The translations under genes were made by a program, and so were the position numbers. A stretch of 64,000 bases of DNA from the human T2T-CHM13v2.0 reference genome, Homo sapiens. Positions 42,952-57,871 of the stretch are shown in pieces. The stretch's first letter is position 1. Each line of letters opens with the position of its first letter. The notes beneath the pieces are model-generated. The model had not been told where the DNA came from and searched no databases. It saw only the letters and a list, made by a program, of their open reading frames with translations. The DNA lies in assembly GCF_009914755.1 (NCBI RefSeq), contig NC_060929.1. One strand, 5' to 3'.

Positions 42952-45332
42952 TGATATGGTTTGGCTATGTCCCCACCCAAATCTCATCTTGAATTATAGT
43001 ACCTATAGTCCCCACGTGTCATGGGAGGGACCTGGTGGGAGGTAGTTTAATCATGGGGCGGTTACTCTTATGCTGCTCATGCTGTTCTCATGATAGTGAA
43101 TGAGTTCGTACAAGATCTGATGGTTTTGTAAGAGGCTTCCCCCTTCACTCTGTTCTCATTCTTCTCACTCCTGCTTCCATGTGAAGGACATGTTTGCTTC
43201 CCCTTCTGCCATGATTGTAAGTTTCCTGGGGCCTCCCCAGCCATGCAGAACTATAAGTCAATTAAACCTCTTTCATTTATAAGTTACCTAGCTTCAGATA
43301 TTTCTTTATAGCAAGATGAAAACAAATTAATACGGTAAACTGGTACTGGGTAGTGGGAAGCTGCTGTAAAAATATCCAAAAATGTGGAAGCGACTTTGGA
43401 ACTGAGTAACAGACAGAAGTTGGAAAGTTAGGAGGACTCAGAAGAAGGCAGGAAGATGTGCGAAAGTTTGGAACTTCCTAGAGACTTGTGGAATGGTTTG
43501 ACCAAAATGCTGATAGTGATATGGACAATGAAGTCCAGGCTGAGGTGGTCTCAGATGGAGATGAGGAACTTGTTGGGAACTGGAATAAAGGTGACTTTTG
43601 TTATGCTTTAGCAAAGAGACTGGTCGCATTTTGCCCCTGCCCTAGATATCTGTGAAACTTTGAACTTGAAAGAGATGATTTAGGGTAATTGGTGGAAGAA
43701 ATTTCTAAGCAGCAAAGCATTCAAGATATGACTTGGGTGCTGTTGAAACAATCAGTTTTATGTATTCACAAAGATATGGTCTGAAATTGGAACTTATGTT
43801 TAAAAGGGAAGCAGAGCATGAAAGTTTGGAAAATTTGCAGCCTGACAATGCAATAGAAAAGAAAAACCCAATTTTCTGGGGAGAAATTCAAGCCCGCTGC
43901 AGAAATTTGCAGAAGTAACAAGGAGCCAAATATTAATCACCAAGACAATGGGGAAAATGTCTCCATGACATGTCAGAAGTCTTCATGGTAGCCCGTCCCA
44001 TCACAAGCCTAGAGGCCTAGGAGGAATAAATGGTTTCCTGGGCTGGGCCCAGTGCCTTACTGCTTTGTGCAGTCTCAGAACTTGGTGCCCTGTGTCCCAA
44101 CCGTGGCTAAAAGGGGCCAAAAAACAGCTCAGCTGTTGCTTCAGAGGGTGCAAGCCCCAAGCCTTTGAAGCTTACACCTGGTATTGGGCCCGCTGGTGCA
44201 CAGAAATCAAGAATTGTGGTTAGGGAACCTCCTCCTAGATTTCAGAGGATGTATGGAAATGCCTGGATGTCCAGGCAGAAGTTTGCTGCAGGGGTAGAGC
44301 CCTCATGGAGAACTTCTGCTAGTGTACTGCAGGAGGGAAATGTGGGGTTGAAGCCCCCAGACAGAGTCCCCACTGGGGCACTGCCTAGTGGAGCTGTGAG
44401 AAGAGGTCCACCATCCTCCAGACTCCAGAATACTAGATCCACCAACGGCTTGCACTGTGAATCTGGAAAAGCCTTGGGCACTCAACGTCAGCCTATGAAA
44501 GCAGCCAGGAGGGTGGCTGTACCCTGCAAAGCCACAGGGGTGGAGCTTCCCAAGGCTGTGGGAGCTCACCTCTTGCATCAGTGTGACCTGGATCTGAGAC
44601 ATGGAATCAAAGGAGATTATTTTGGAGCTTTAAGATTTAATTGCTGCCTTGTTGGATTTTGGACTTGCATGGGGTCTGTAGCCCCTTTGTTTTGGCCTAT
44701 TTCTCTCATTTGGAATATGTGTATTTACCAAACGCTTGTACTCCCATTCTATCTAGGAAGTAACTAACTTGCTTTTGATTTTACAGGCTCATAGGTGGAA
44801 GGGACTTGTCTTGTCTCAGATGAGACTTTGGACTTGGACTTTTGAATTAATGCTGGAATGAGTTAAGACTTTGGGGGAGTGTTAGAAGGGTATGATTATG
44901 TTTTGAAATGTGAGGTCATAAGATTTTGGAGAGGCCTAGGGGGGAATGATATTGTTTGGCTGTGCCCCACCCAAATCTCATCTTGAATTGTAGTTCCTAT
45001 AGTCCCCACGTGTCATTGGAGAGACCTGGTTGGAGGTAATTTAATCATGGAGGCAGTTACCCTCATGCTGCTCACGCTGTTCTTGTGATAGTGAATGAGT
45101 TCTCATGACATCTGATGGTTTTACAAGGAGATTCCCCCTTCATTCTGCTCTCATTCTTCTCACTCCTGCCACCGTGTGAAGAAGGACATGTGTGTTTCCC
45201 CTTCCACCATGATTGTAAATTTCCTGAGGCCTCCCCAGCCATGTGGAACTGTAAGTCAATTAAACATCTTTCCTTTATAAATTACCCAGCCTTGGGTATT
45301 TCTTCATAGCAGTGTGAAAATGAAATAATACA
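42952..45332 (+). mobile_element. Complete THE1 (THE1C/D-like) MaLR: 5' LTR 42952-43334, internal 43335-44946, 3' LTR 44947-45332
   Basis: Two direct LTRs TGATAT..TTTGGCT...TAATAC(A), about 1.6-kb internal region, polypurine tract before the 3' LTR; TSD not clearly preserved. Confidence 0.95.
45037..45047 (+). promoter_or_regulatory. DUX4 consensus motif in THE1 3' LTR
   Basis: TAATTTAATCA fits TAAYYBAATCA; the 5' LTR copy is TAGTTTAATCA (43043-43053). Confidence 0.6.
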
Positions 45333-45425
45333 TCAACCTTGGGAACTATCTTCATGTGTGAAGAGATTTATATTCTTAAACCCTATTCATTCAAGGACAG
45401 ACAGGGTTTCTAGGCTACTCTAGGC

Positions 45426-45642
45426 CAAGGAGTGGCAAACTATGGTGCATGGGCTAAATGTAGCCTGTGTCTGTTTTTGTAAATAAAGTTTTATTGGAAC
45501 ACAGCCATGCCAGTTTATTTACATATATCTATGACTGATTTTATACTACAATGACAGAGTGAGTGGTCATGATAGAAACCTTAAGGCTCACAAAGCCAGA
45601 AATACTATCTGGTCCTTTATGGAAAGAGTTTGCCAACTGCTG
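45426..45642 (+). mobile_element. MER58A hAT element
   Basis: CAAGGAGTGGCAAAC...GTTTGCCAACTGCTG; TSD CTCTAGGC/CACTAGCC. Confidence 0.9.
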
Positions 45643-45901
45643 CACTAGCCAATCCACATATATTAAGCACTATTATTTACACCAATGAAAACCCATTTCT
45701 AGCATTCATTATGCTAATTAGAAAAACCTGTAGTGTGGATCATAAAGATAGCCAAAGTGCTTACAGTAGTTACCTCTGCAGTGTTGTCTTCTGATTAAAT
45801 GCCAGATGACATCCCTGGAATGCACATGTCCTATTAGGACAGTAATAGCCTTAGAGTATTATTAAAACTAACACACATTTATAGAATATTGTTTATTTTA
45901 A

Positions 45902-46188
45902 TTTTTTTTTTTTGAGACAGGGTTTCTCTCTGTCACCCAAGCTGGGGTGCAATGGCACAATCACATCTCACTAACCTAGAACTCCTGGGCTCAAGTGTTC
46001 CTCTCATCTCAGCCTCCCAAGTAGCTAGCACTACAGGCATGCACCACCAGGCCAAAGTGATTTTTTTTTAAAGAGACAGAGTCTCACTCTGTTGCTCAGG
46101 CCAGTCTTGAACCCCTGACTTCAAGCAATCCTCCCACCTCGGCATCCCAAAGTGCTGGGATTACAGGTGTGAGCCACTGCACCTGGAC
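45902..46188 (-). mobile_element. AluJ
   Basis: GAGACAGGGTTTC, ACTCCTGGGCTCAAG J-type features. Confidence 0.9.
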
Positions 46189-46722
46189 AATTTTGAATAT
46201 TTTTAAGAGTCAATTGTAGGCATCATAACATTTCCCTTTATTGCTTCTCACAACCCATTTTCCTTCATGATTAGGGTTAAACTTTTGGGCACGCTCATAT
46301 CAGTAACAATATCAAACCCAGAGTTTGAAGAGTATAACATCCAATTAGATCTCAATGCAATAGCTAAGATAGAGCAAGTTTATTAGTATCCTTATTTTGC
46401 AAGATAGAAAAAGCTAATGCTTGAAAGTATCCCTAATCTTCAAGTTGCAGAACTGGTGAGTGATAGAGTGAGACTTGAATCTGAAGCTTTTCATTTTCTG
46501 AGTACTAGAGTCTTTCCTCTACACGGTAGTAACTTCCCAGTAACAATGACTCATTGATCAGGGTTTTTTTTTTTTTTTTTTTTTTTGACAAAGCTTAGCA
46601 GAGTTTAACTTCCATCAACAGAAATAATTCTCTTTTCAGAAAAAAAATAGCCTTCTTATAGCCTTCTTGACAATTTTGCAAAGGAACTTTATCTCCTTTC
46701 TTTACATTTTTTATTCTTAAAG

Positions 46723-46799
46723 TTGAAGAGTCACCACTAAGTAGTGAAATTGATTACTAGAGGTGGGAGAAATTTCCCAGAGGAATAAAAACAATGAAG
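46723..46799 (+). other. Candidate 77-nt exon
   Basis: Long pyrimidine tract ending TTCTTAAAG| and consensus donor AAG|GTAAGT. Confidence 0.4.
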
Positions 46800-47900
46800 G
46801 TAAGTGCTTAAAAATGGGTCTGTTTCATCAATTACAGAATAAAAGGAGTGTCTGAAGGATCAGCAGACTTAGATGTGTCTAGCTTGTACAGAGCGTTACA
46901 GGCTCTAGTGCTGGTCATAGAATCAATCATACATGTTAGAACAGGAAGCTGGTCATTATTAAGTCAACAAGTTCACTCCACTTGACCTTTGCAATGCTGG
47001 GTTGTTCTCTCTGCTATGTCTCTTTCAATATGAATAGTTCATTTATTGTGGATTGGCCAGGGATTATTGGAGCTGTGTGGTGTTTCTAGTCCCTTCTCAA
47101 CCACTTTCCCCAGTGACTCAGATCCTCAGCTTTCCACAATCTATTCCTCCTCATCCTTTGGCATTATCTTGGCCAGATTTTAGCCCATAATTGTGGCTGA
47201 TACATTTTGCTTCTTCCATCTTCAGGTTCTGACTTGGAGATAGAAGAGACCTTCCTCCAAGATGGTCCCTTCATATGCCATAGGCTCCAGTGGGCCTCTG
47301 AGGAAGAAGGAAAAAGGGAAGATACTATATTCATGAGAAAGAACGTTAGGATATGAGCCTGAGAAGGAAGTTAGGGGTCATCTCTGCAGATCCCAGAGTG
47401 ATTGTTTATCAGTGAATTAGATCACAGGTCATAACCATGCAGATTCTAATAGCGATGGAGTCCTCTATTGGAGACTTTAAAAATTTTTAAACAATCTTAA
47501 AGCAACAACTCAACAGCATAAAGAGACAACTTAAAATGAGTTCAAGTGTGAGTCAACTGGTAGATGTTACAACGCTGTCATGTTAGAAGAACTCCCACTG
47601 CGTGTCTTGAGAAGACCTGAGTCTGTTAAAGGTAGCTACTCATTTCTGAACATCGGGAAATGTTCCATGTGATTCTTCTAGTTGACATTTTATGATGCAT
47701 GAAAATAACATTATCAATGTTGGGAGAAAAACAAGACTTTCGAGAGCTTGAGTTTAAAATTAAATATTTATGATCTAGCCTTAGTAGAAAAGAGAAAAGA
47801 TCAATGAGCTCTTGAATGCAATTTTGGGGGAGAAAACTTATTCCTCTTTTAAAGATAATTTACTTTTCTTTTCACAGAATATAACTTTAGGGTTCTATAG

Positions 47901-48278
47901 TGAGTCATTTAGGATGGGTTAGATTATCCTGTGGTAACACACAACCTCAAAATCTCAGAGGCTTAAAACAACCAGTCTATTTGTTATCTACATTACATAT
48001 CCATTGTGAGTGTTGTCCTCACTCTGGGATCCAGGATTATAGAGTTTCCACTCTCTGGAACATTGTTGATCCCTGTGGCAGAGAACGAGAGTTTTGAAAC
48101 AGCTTGAAGTAGCAACTGATGGCTCCAGCTCCAAAGTAACATTTGTTCACAACTCATTTGGCCAGCACAGGTCACATGCCCCTACTCAATCACAAGGGGC
48201 TAGGAAATGTAATCCTACCAAGTGCCTGGAAAGCAGAGAGCTGGGAATATTTGGAAAATAGTGCTGAAGACTTCCATA
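47901..48278 (-). mobile_element. MLT1K/L-like LTR
   Basis: TAGGATGGGTTAGATTATCCTGTGGTAACAC...CATTTGGCCAGCACAGGTCACATG. Confidence 0.75.
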
Positions 48279-48407
48279 TGTCATTACATTTGAAAGGACA
48301 AAATTATTCTGGTGTGTGTTCAAAATCAGGCATGTCCCATGCTGCCTATAATGTTGGTAAGTTGACTTTTTTAGAGTGAATAATCAAAATAGCAAAAGCC
48401 TCTACCC

Positions 48408-49151
<744 letters not shown>

Positions 49152-50604
49152 TAGAAAATATTTCAGAGCTCAGGTTAATGTGTAAGTGCAGCCAAGTGAC
49201 TTTGTAAGTTAATCTGCTCAAACTCTTGTAAAGGCAATAATTGGAAAGAGCCTTTACCAAGTAAGTAGTTGTCTCTTTTCCCTAAACTGGGAAGCAGGCC
49301 AGACTTGGGGGAAAAGTCACAAAAAAGATAGTGACAAAGAAAGATAAAAAGTTAACTTGATCTCTTGGTTCTATGTGAACTTCCTAGCCTAAAATGAAAA
49401 AAATGTATTACTTAAGGCCATTCAGATAAAAATAAATTTTAAAAAGCCACTTCCCTCAATTCTTGCTGAAAATGAAAAAGTTAAAGGTTTCACAATTTCT
49501 TCACCATGTAATCCTATCTCAGTGCTGTCAGTGTCTTAATAGTGTATTGATTGGCTCACACTCCTGCTATCTTTAAAGAAGCATTATTGCTCTGTTGGGC
49601 CAAACATGAAAAACTATGTTTAAAGACATTTTTAAGGTTTTTTGATTTTCCAAAAGCTTCTTGGGGCCTTATCGAGTTTCTCTGGCAGCTAGAATTAACT
49701 CTACAATGCTCTTTCTCTATTTCTGAGACAGTGAATTCATCTGAAGCCAGCAAGTTATCAATGACTCACAAGACAGGGAAGATAAGGGGGCTCTCAAGAT
49801 AAATTAATGTGGTAATTAGTTACCTGGACACCTGTAAGTTTAGATTAGTGAGAGCATTTTTGCTGCCATTGCATTGGAAATTCATGATAATTTTCAATAG
49901 TCATTTAAATATGTGAGGCTGACTCCAGTGTCAAGGAGTAGGGAGTAAGAAGGAAAGAAGATAGATTGCAAAAATTAAAACTTTTATTACAAAAAATAGC
50001 ATTATACTGTTGTTCAATTATCGAAATGCCTGGCAAGCTGAAATATGACCAAAATCTTCATTTATAGCCCCACTGTATGGTATTTATTTGATATCTATAA
50101 TTGTTTTCTCAATTATTATAAAAAAGCATCAGAATAACTTTTATTGAATGCTTAGAAAAATATCTGATGATCATACACTAAAATGTTATGACTTTGAGTG
50201 ATGGTTTGTGCTTGGGTCTTTTATCTCCCTTTTTGGATTTTTTGTGTGTTTCACCAGTTTTCTCTACTGAACATGTATTCTTTTGGACCCAGATTTCATT
50301 CCTCACTGTGCTCTTGGGAAAATTACTTAACCATCCTGAGCCTCATTCTGCCATCTCAAAGTGAAGATAATAATAGTATCTACCTCAAAGGGTCATGGTA
50401 ACTGTTAGATTAAATCACCCGAAATGGCTGATATTTGACTGCCTTTTGACCTATAAAGATGTTAATATGAAACGGCTCTACATAATATTAAGTAAGTATT
50501 TAACATTGCATCTGACAAATCCTAAGCACTCAGGAAATATTAGCTATAGAAGTACATTAAGGAAATAGAGAACTAGTTCAGAAATGGAGAAGATATCATA
50601 TGCA

Positions 50605-50818
50605 GTTTTTAAAGTCAGATTTATTGAAGATAAGTTACATTTAGTATATAGTTCTATAAATTTTGACAAACGCATACAACTGGGTAACCACAGTCAAACT
50701 ACAGAATGATTCAATCCCCCCACCAAAATCTACTGCACCCCCTTGTAGTCAGCTCCTCCCCTCCCCTCCCCTCTATCAACCACTGATCTTTTCTCTGTCC
50801 CTATAGTATTGCCTTTAA
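50605..50818 (-). mobile_element. L1MB-like 3' end fragment
   Basis: TTTATTGAAGATA...AACCACTGATCTTTTCTCTGTCCCTATAG. Confidence 0.7.
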
Positions 50819-51138
50819 CAACGATTTTTCCACCTTACTTTAATTATCCAGATGTGTTCATTTACCTTTTTCCTGTGTGGAAAGGCACCTACTCCTACAG
50901 ATGCGGAAGAGAAACCCCATCCCTCTGGTCAACCACTAATTCAGTTACTTCCCAGAAAGCATGGTTTAATTAGCACTGGGGAATGAAGGATGCTGGGCTC
51001 CAGGGTGCGTAGCAAGCAGGGGAAAACATTTGCTGAGTGTTTATTTTATTCAGAGTTCACAACTCCACGTGAATGGAGGTGAGAGTGTGATCAGGTCGAC
51101 CTTTTGGGCTACTTTACCCATTATCAAACAAGGTTTTA

Positions 51139-51534
<396 letters not shown>

Positions 51535-52499
51535 TCAATTTAAATTCCAGATCTCCAAATAGCATTTAACAAAGATCTGTTCTTGGTCCAGCTCTCCTTT
51601 TAGAAAAATGCCCAACCTATGCATGTAGGCAAAGACCTCCTTTCTTGGAGGCCAGGCATGCCTAGCAGGATCTTGTTCGTGTTTCATGCTCTTTGATTTA
51701 CATGTTTCCTGCCTCTTGTCACCTTTTCATCATGGTATTACTTTGCATGAATATAATTTGCTACAACATCCAAATGACTGATCTTTATAATCTTGAAATC
51801 CAAATGTCTCTCCCTGTTACAAGCCTTCAGTTCTGCATTGTTTACAGGATGAAATCTGCACTCCTTTGCCTTTCAAATAAGCCCTTTATCAAATAAGCCC
51901 TTTATCTGATCCCATCTAGATTTGCACAATTCAGATAATAAGTTTGGTTTATTTGATGCAAATTGAAACCAGTACCCACCAAGTAGAGAACCTGGAAGAT
52001 TTACAAACATAGGTCACTTATTAGCCATAAAACAAATTTCAACAAATCTCAAAGTGTTGGTATCACAGACAGAGGCTGTTTCACACAGTGGAAAAGTTCA
52101 TAGACTTAGGAACCCACTTGCCTTTCTTTGGCTCCCGACCACTCCTGGTAGCACCTCTGTAACCTTGGTCCGTTTCCTTAACTTCTCTGTGTCTCTGTTT
52201 CCTCTTTTGTGACGCTCAAAGGCTTTGGTGAGGAAAACTGTCCTTCCTCCATCATAACACACTCTCCCAGGCTTCTCCGCCTTTGCACTTGCTGTTTCTG
52301 CAACTGGACATGCCTTCTCCATGCTGAGTTCATCTGGAAACTCCCATCATTCTTGGAGTTTCAGAATCAAATCCCTGACTTCCTTAGGTAGCCTCTGGGC
52401 TCCCTAGGCCTTTTTGAACAGCCAGGAAATCCATTTAGTAGATTTATTATATGAAAGTTGCTCGGATCTCTGTCCCCTGAAGTAGAAATAGCATCTAAT

Positions 52500-52747
52500 A
52501 CTTAATGAGTAGTGAGTGCTTATTGCAAGCAAGGCACCGTTCTACACTTTTTCATATATCAATTCATTTATCTCTAGAACAACTCTGTGAGCTGGCTGCT
52601 ATTATTTTCCCTACTTTACAAATGAGGAGACTGAGGCACAGAAAGCTGTGTAATTTGCCTAAATTCACCCAGCTAGGGAGTGGTTAAGATGGAATTCAAA
52701 CCTAAGAAATCTAGCTCCAGCATCCACATTTTTAATCATTATGCTGT
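52500..52747 (-). mobile_element. MIR SINE
   Basis: TTTACAAATGAGGAGACTGAGGCACAGAAAG. Confidence 0.85.
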
Positions 52748-52799
52748 ATCAAGAGTATGATTAACTAAGTGAAAGCTATAGGTCAATGCCTGTCAATCT

Positions 52800-52941
52800 A
52801 ATTGTGCATAGGAATCACCTGGGGACCCTGTGAAAATGCAGATTCTGACTCGGTATATCTGAGGTAGCACTAAGATTCTGCCTTTTTAACAGACTCCCAG
52901 ACAATGCTACTGGTCCACGGACCACACTTTCAGAAGCAAGG
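52800..52941. mobile_element. MER5A-like
   Basis: GAATCACCTGGGGACCCTGTGAAAATGCAGATTCTGA...GGACCACACTTT. Confidence 0.75.
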
Positions 52942-52949
52942 CCCTAGAC

Positions 52950-53340
52950 CAGTGGTTCAAAGCTTTGTTTTCTTTTGTCTCAAGACCTTTTTACATTCTT
53001 AAATATTATTGAGGATGGCAAAAAGCTTTTGCATACATATGTTATATCTGCCAATATTTACCATAATAAAAATTAAAACTAAGAAATTTTAAATTATTTA
53101 AAATAGTTAACTAAGCCCATTACATGTTAATGTAAAAAGGATAGTTCTTCAGTTAATCCTTTGTGTATAGCATGACGTGGAGTCTCTGGAAAACTCCACA
53201 GTATAATCATGAGAGAATTTGAGCCAAAAAGGTAGATGACATCTTATTATTATTATAAGAAAACTGTAACCATACAGAGCCCCTGAAAAGGTCTTAGAGG
53301 GGCCACCAACTGTCCCCAGACCATACTTTGAGAACCACTG
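52950..53340. mobile_element. Charlie1-type hAT deletion derivative
   Basis: TIRs CAGTGGTTC.../...GAGAACCACTG; TSD CCCTAGAC/CTTTAGAT. Confidence 0.8.
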
Positions 53341-53507
53341 CTTTAGATTACTCAAGAATCCTAGAGTATTGTGAAAGTTGTAGCATTCATTGTGGAATTA
53401 AGCTTTAGTGCTTTGTAAAATGTCTGACTTGCAAAATTCTATAAGAATATTCTAACTCTAGATTCTGTCTCTTTTTCTAGTTGCGAGTTACACCCTCATC
53501 TTCATCT

Positions 53508-53845
53508 TATTTATTTATTTTTTATTTATTTATTTATTTATTTTGGACACAGAGTTCTGCTCTTGTTGCCCAGGCTGGAGTGCAATGACGCGATCTCAGC
53601 TCACCGCAACCTCCGCCTCCTGAGTTCAAGCGATTCTCCTGCCTCCAAGCGATTATCCTGCCTCAGCCTCCCGAGTAGCTGGGATTACAGGCATACACCA
53701 CCATGCCCGGCTAATTTTTTGTATTTTTACAAACGGGGTTTCTCCATGTTGGTCAGGCTGGTCTCAAACTCCCGACCTCAGGTGATCCGCCTGCCTTGGC
53801 CTCCCAAAGTGCTGGGATTACAGGCATGAGCCACCGTGCCCGGCC
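53508..53845 (-). mobile_element. AluSp-like with 19-bp internal duplication
   Basis: CTCTTGTTGCCC, GCAATG and CACCGCAAC diagnostics; TSD TCATCTTCATCT; CAAGCGATT(C/A)TCCTGCCTC twice at 53627-53664. Confidence 0.95.
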
Positions 53846-54564
53846 TCATCTTCATCTGATAGTGGTGCATAACAATGGGCTCAGCGGAGTTAAGAGTCTC
53901 TTCTGAAAACCAACAGCCCAAAATTGTTACCCCACCCCCAGACAGAATATTTGATATAGAAGATCATTAAAAGGAAAAACACATATTTTATCAAGACCCT
54001 AAAAGATTTTTAAAATTGCTTTAGAATAAATCATCCCAATGTAACACATTGACTTCAAGCTACTATGATTTTCCTTTGTATGCATTTACTACATTTATGT
54101 TTAAAGTTTTTGTCCAAATATGGTTCCGCAATTTAAAATATATAAAATGTAGAGAGTTTGAAATCATTTGATATGTTTAAATATCACACACTCCCTTCTC
54201 TTTCCTACCTTTTTAGACCTTACTCTTATGACTGGATTTCTAAGCTTACACCAACTCTACGCAGGAGCACATTTGAATAGGCTCATTGGTTCCTTGATCT
54301 GAACTTCCCTTTGAGCTCTGAATTGTTTCCTTAAAACATCTGCTTCTCTGTTAGGTGTGCATCAATCTGAGTCCTCAACTGTACGTAGGGAGTTATACTC
54401 CTTGCCAAACTTGTTTATTGTCTTGTCAGGGCTCGACAGATATCATACTGCAAATTCAAGCCTCCAGGTTCCCTCTCTGGAAACCTGTGTCCCCAAGCCT
54501 GATGCTTTCAATTCAGAGAATCATAGAACCTCAGGATTGGAAAGGATCTTTGAGGTCCTCTAGA

Positions 54565-55035
54565 CCCTTGCCACTCAAATGCGGGCTTCAGATCAGCAGC
54601 ACGGGCATCATCGGGGAGCTTGCTAGCAATGCAGAATCTCAGGAGCACCCCGACTGCTGAATCAGAATCTGCGTTTTAACAAGATCACAAGAGATGAGTG
54701 TATACATGAAAGTTGCAGAAGGGCTGCTCCAGACCAGCCTCCCACCTGAGGCAGAAGTCTTGTCTGCAGCATCCTCCTCCCAGCTACCCAAAAGTGCTCA
54801 TCAACCTTCACCTTCCAGCTTCAGGACATCACTCTAGATGTCCTTTCATTCTAGAACAATGGTTCCCAACTTTGATTGCACATTAAAATCACTTGGGGAG
54901 ATTTGAAAAATCCCAGCGCTGAGGCCTCATCCCTGACTGATATAACCGGAATCTCTGCAGATGGAACTAAGGCATTGGTATTTTATGAAGTTCCCCCAAG
55001 TGATTCGAATGTGCAGCCAAGCTTTGAACTACTGA
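54565..55035. mobile_element. Two MER5-type elements (about 54565-54730 and 54857-55035)
   Basis: GGGAGCTTGCTAGCAATGCAGAATCTCAGG...GAATCAGAATCTGCGTTTTAACAAGATC; CAATGGTTCCCAACTTTG...TTTGAACTACTG. Confidence 0.75.
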
Positions 55036-56031
55036 TCCAGAGCCATTCATTTGCATCTTAGGCTATCTACTTTTTTCCTTGCTTTGATTTCCTGTGAAAA
55101 TGCAAATATCCCCTCAGAAAGGCAAAACTGTTATCTCCCATTTATACTTTTCTTGGAAATAGGGTTTATTTTTTTATCAGCATAAATAATTTATTGCTAA
55201 CTCTCTAATATCCTATACTAGAGGCTTGGCAATTGACACAGTATTCTGGGATGGGAAAGCCAGAAGTTAGGAAATGAGATGAGAGGGGAGGATGTGAAGA
55301 CAGTTGCTAAGGGGCAGACTTCATGCCTTCTGGTGACCAGTTATTGGTCAATCAAGCTACCTTGGGCAAGAAGGAACTGGGCCAGGCCAAGAACTCGAAG
55401 CTCTCCTGTGGCCAACCCACTGCAGGTTTCCAGCACATTCTCTTGCTTCCTTATTCATGGTGCTGTGGGGTGAGGGAAGTGTGGGGAGGTAAGACACTCT
55501 ACAGCTGCTGCGGTTGTGGGCTCTGTCAGCTGAGTGTGGGGTCCCCAGTCTAGTCCTTGGCCTGATAGATCTAAAAGAAATTTTGTTAATGTTATGATCT
55601 TGCCGGCCACAAAACTACTGGCTGTTTTCCTAAACTCAATAATACTCTTGAGTAATAAGCCCTTTCGTTTGTGACATTACTGCTTAACAAACTGAAATCT
55701 GGATTTTTTGCAAGATTTAAAAGAGTATAATTTTGTGAACACATTATTAGCTTTTAAATTAGCTAGCTTTATTTAGGTAGTGCTGCATTAGAATAATTGT
55801 TGTTTGGGAATATATGCATAATGTTAACAAGTAATTCTGAAGAGACTAAACACATAATCAGCCAAAAATTTAGGGAGAAGGAGAAAGTATTATTTTAAAA
55901 GGAAAATTAATAGTACATAGTTATATATTAATGTGCTCTTAATAAAAATATAACACAAAATAAATCCCTAATAATACATAAATTTGGAAGCTTTAACATT
56001 TTAGATTCTAATGAGTATCATTCACATATTA

Positions 56032-56379
<348 letters not shown>

Positions 56380-56749
56380 TTACAAACTCTCCCTCATACA
56401 TATTTATTTTTGCAAACTAAATAATTTTTCAAAATAAATAAATCTAATTAATTTAGATTTTGAGGATAAAATCCTATCACATCTTCTGCCTCCCATTTCC
56501 TGTTAGCTAACCTTCAAATCTGGATAAACACATTCGATTGTTGTTTAAGAATGAATCAGATACATGCGACAGATTTATAGACGCTTTAGGGATTTGAAAA
56601 GTTGACTATCAGTTCTTTAAATTACCCAACATGTAATTTTTAGAGATAATGTGCTATTAAACTTTACTCTTTAGACTAAGCAAGTATTGTAGACAGAAGG
56701 AATTGTGTTTTGGGTGCCTGAAGAGCTGAAAAGAGGCTCAGAATATTTA

Positions 56750-57260
56750 TTTTCTTTTTCTTTTATGTAAACATTAACTTTCTGATTGTAGTAAGAACAC
56801 ATGTGATCTTAACAGAGTTTTAAATGTACAGCACAGTATTGTCATTTATAGACACAACATTGCACAGCAGATCTCTAGAACGTATTTATCTTGCTTAACT
56901 GAAGCTTTATACTCATTGATGAGCAACTCTCTATTTCCTCTTCCCCTCATCCCCTGGCAACCACCATTCCATTCTCTGCTTCTAAGAGTTGGCTATTTTA
57001 GATACCTCATATAAGAGGAATTATGCAGTATTTGTCCTGCTGTGATTGGTTTATTTCATTTAGCAGAACGTCCTCCAGGTTTAGCCATGTCTCACAGACT
57101 GCAGGATTCCCTTCTAAGGCTGAATTATTAATAATATTCCAGTGTATGTACATATATACCACATTTTCCTTATCCATTCATTTGCTGAGGGATGTTTAGG
57201 CTGCTTCCACCTCCTGGCTATTGTGAGCAGCGCTGCCATGAACATGGGTGTGCTCATAGA
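56750..57260 (-). mobile_element. L1MA/L1MB 3' region
   Basis: ACAGCAGATCTCTAGAAC, CCCCTGGCAACCACCATT, TTTTAGATACCTCATATAAG. Confidence 0.85.
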
Positions 57261-57871
57261 GTATTTCTGCTCTCCATCGCTGAACCCGCAGCTTGGCTTC
57301 CCAAGAAAATGTGAGAAGATGAAAAGCATTTTAAGAGGGCTTTTTTTCTAAGTATGATCGTTTTCTTTCAATAATATAATATTTGTCTTTTTAATTAAAT
57401 CTCAATTTTGGTACATATATTCTACTTTTTTTTACCAGCTTATATTTTCATTTCAATAATGCTTTATCTTTCTATTTGAAGATATAGAAATTGAAATTAA
57501 AACTAACATTTTAGCTTAAGGGTCTATTCTACTCTCAAGTCAAAAACACTTGGAAAATTGCCCTGTAGTGATTACTTTCCTAAAATTTTAAAAAAATTAT
57601 TTTAAAATCCCAATCATTTCCCAAATGAATCTTTTATACAAAATCAGATTTCTTAAAGAAGGGCACACCTAGAAGGAGCCACCAGTTTGGACTGGCAGCT
57701 TTGCTTATCTACTTGACTTGTCATTAAAATGCTAAACAGTTAAAATTTGAGACCAATCTATCAAACTGGTGAGCTAATTCTGTGAACTTTCTGGAATATA
57801 GGCGACAATGTTCTTCCTGCTATCCACATCTTCCATTTTTGTTCCTTTCTCCACTTCGAATCTGTTTTCTT

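Noticed and set aside
44165-44767. 200-aa ORF as a host gene
   Set aside because: Entirely within THE1 internal sequence; no ATG start
51873-51906. 16-bp direct repeat TCAAATAAGCCCTTTA
   Set aside because: Simple slippage duplication with nothing inserted between the copies
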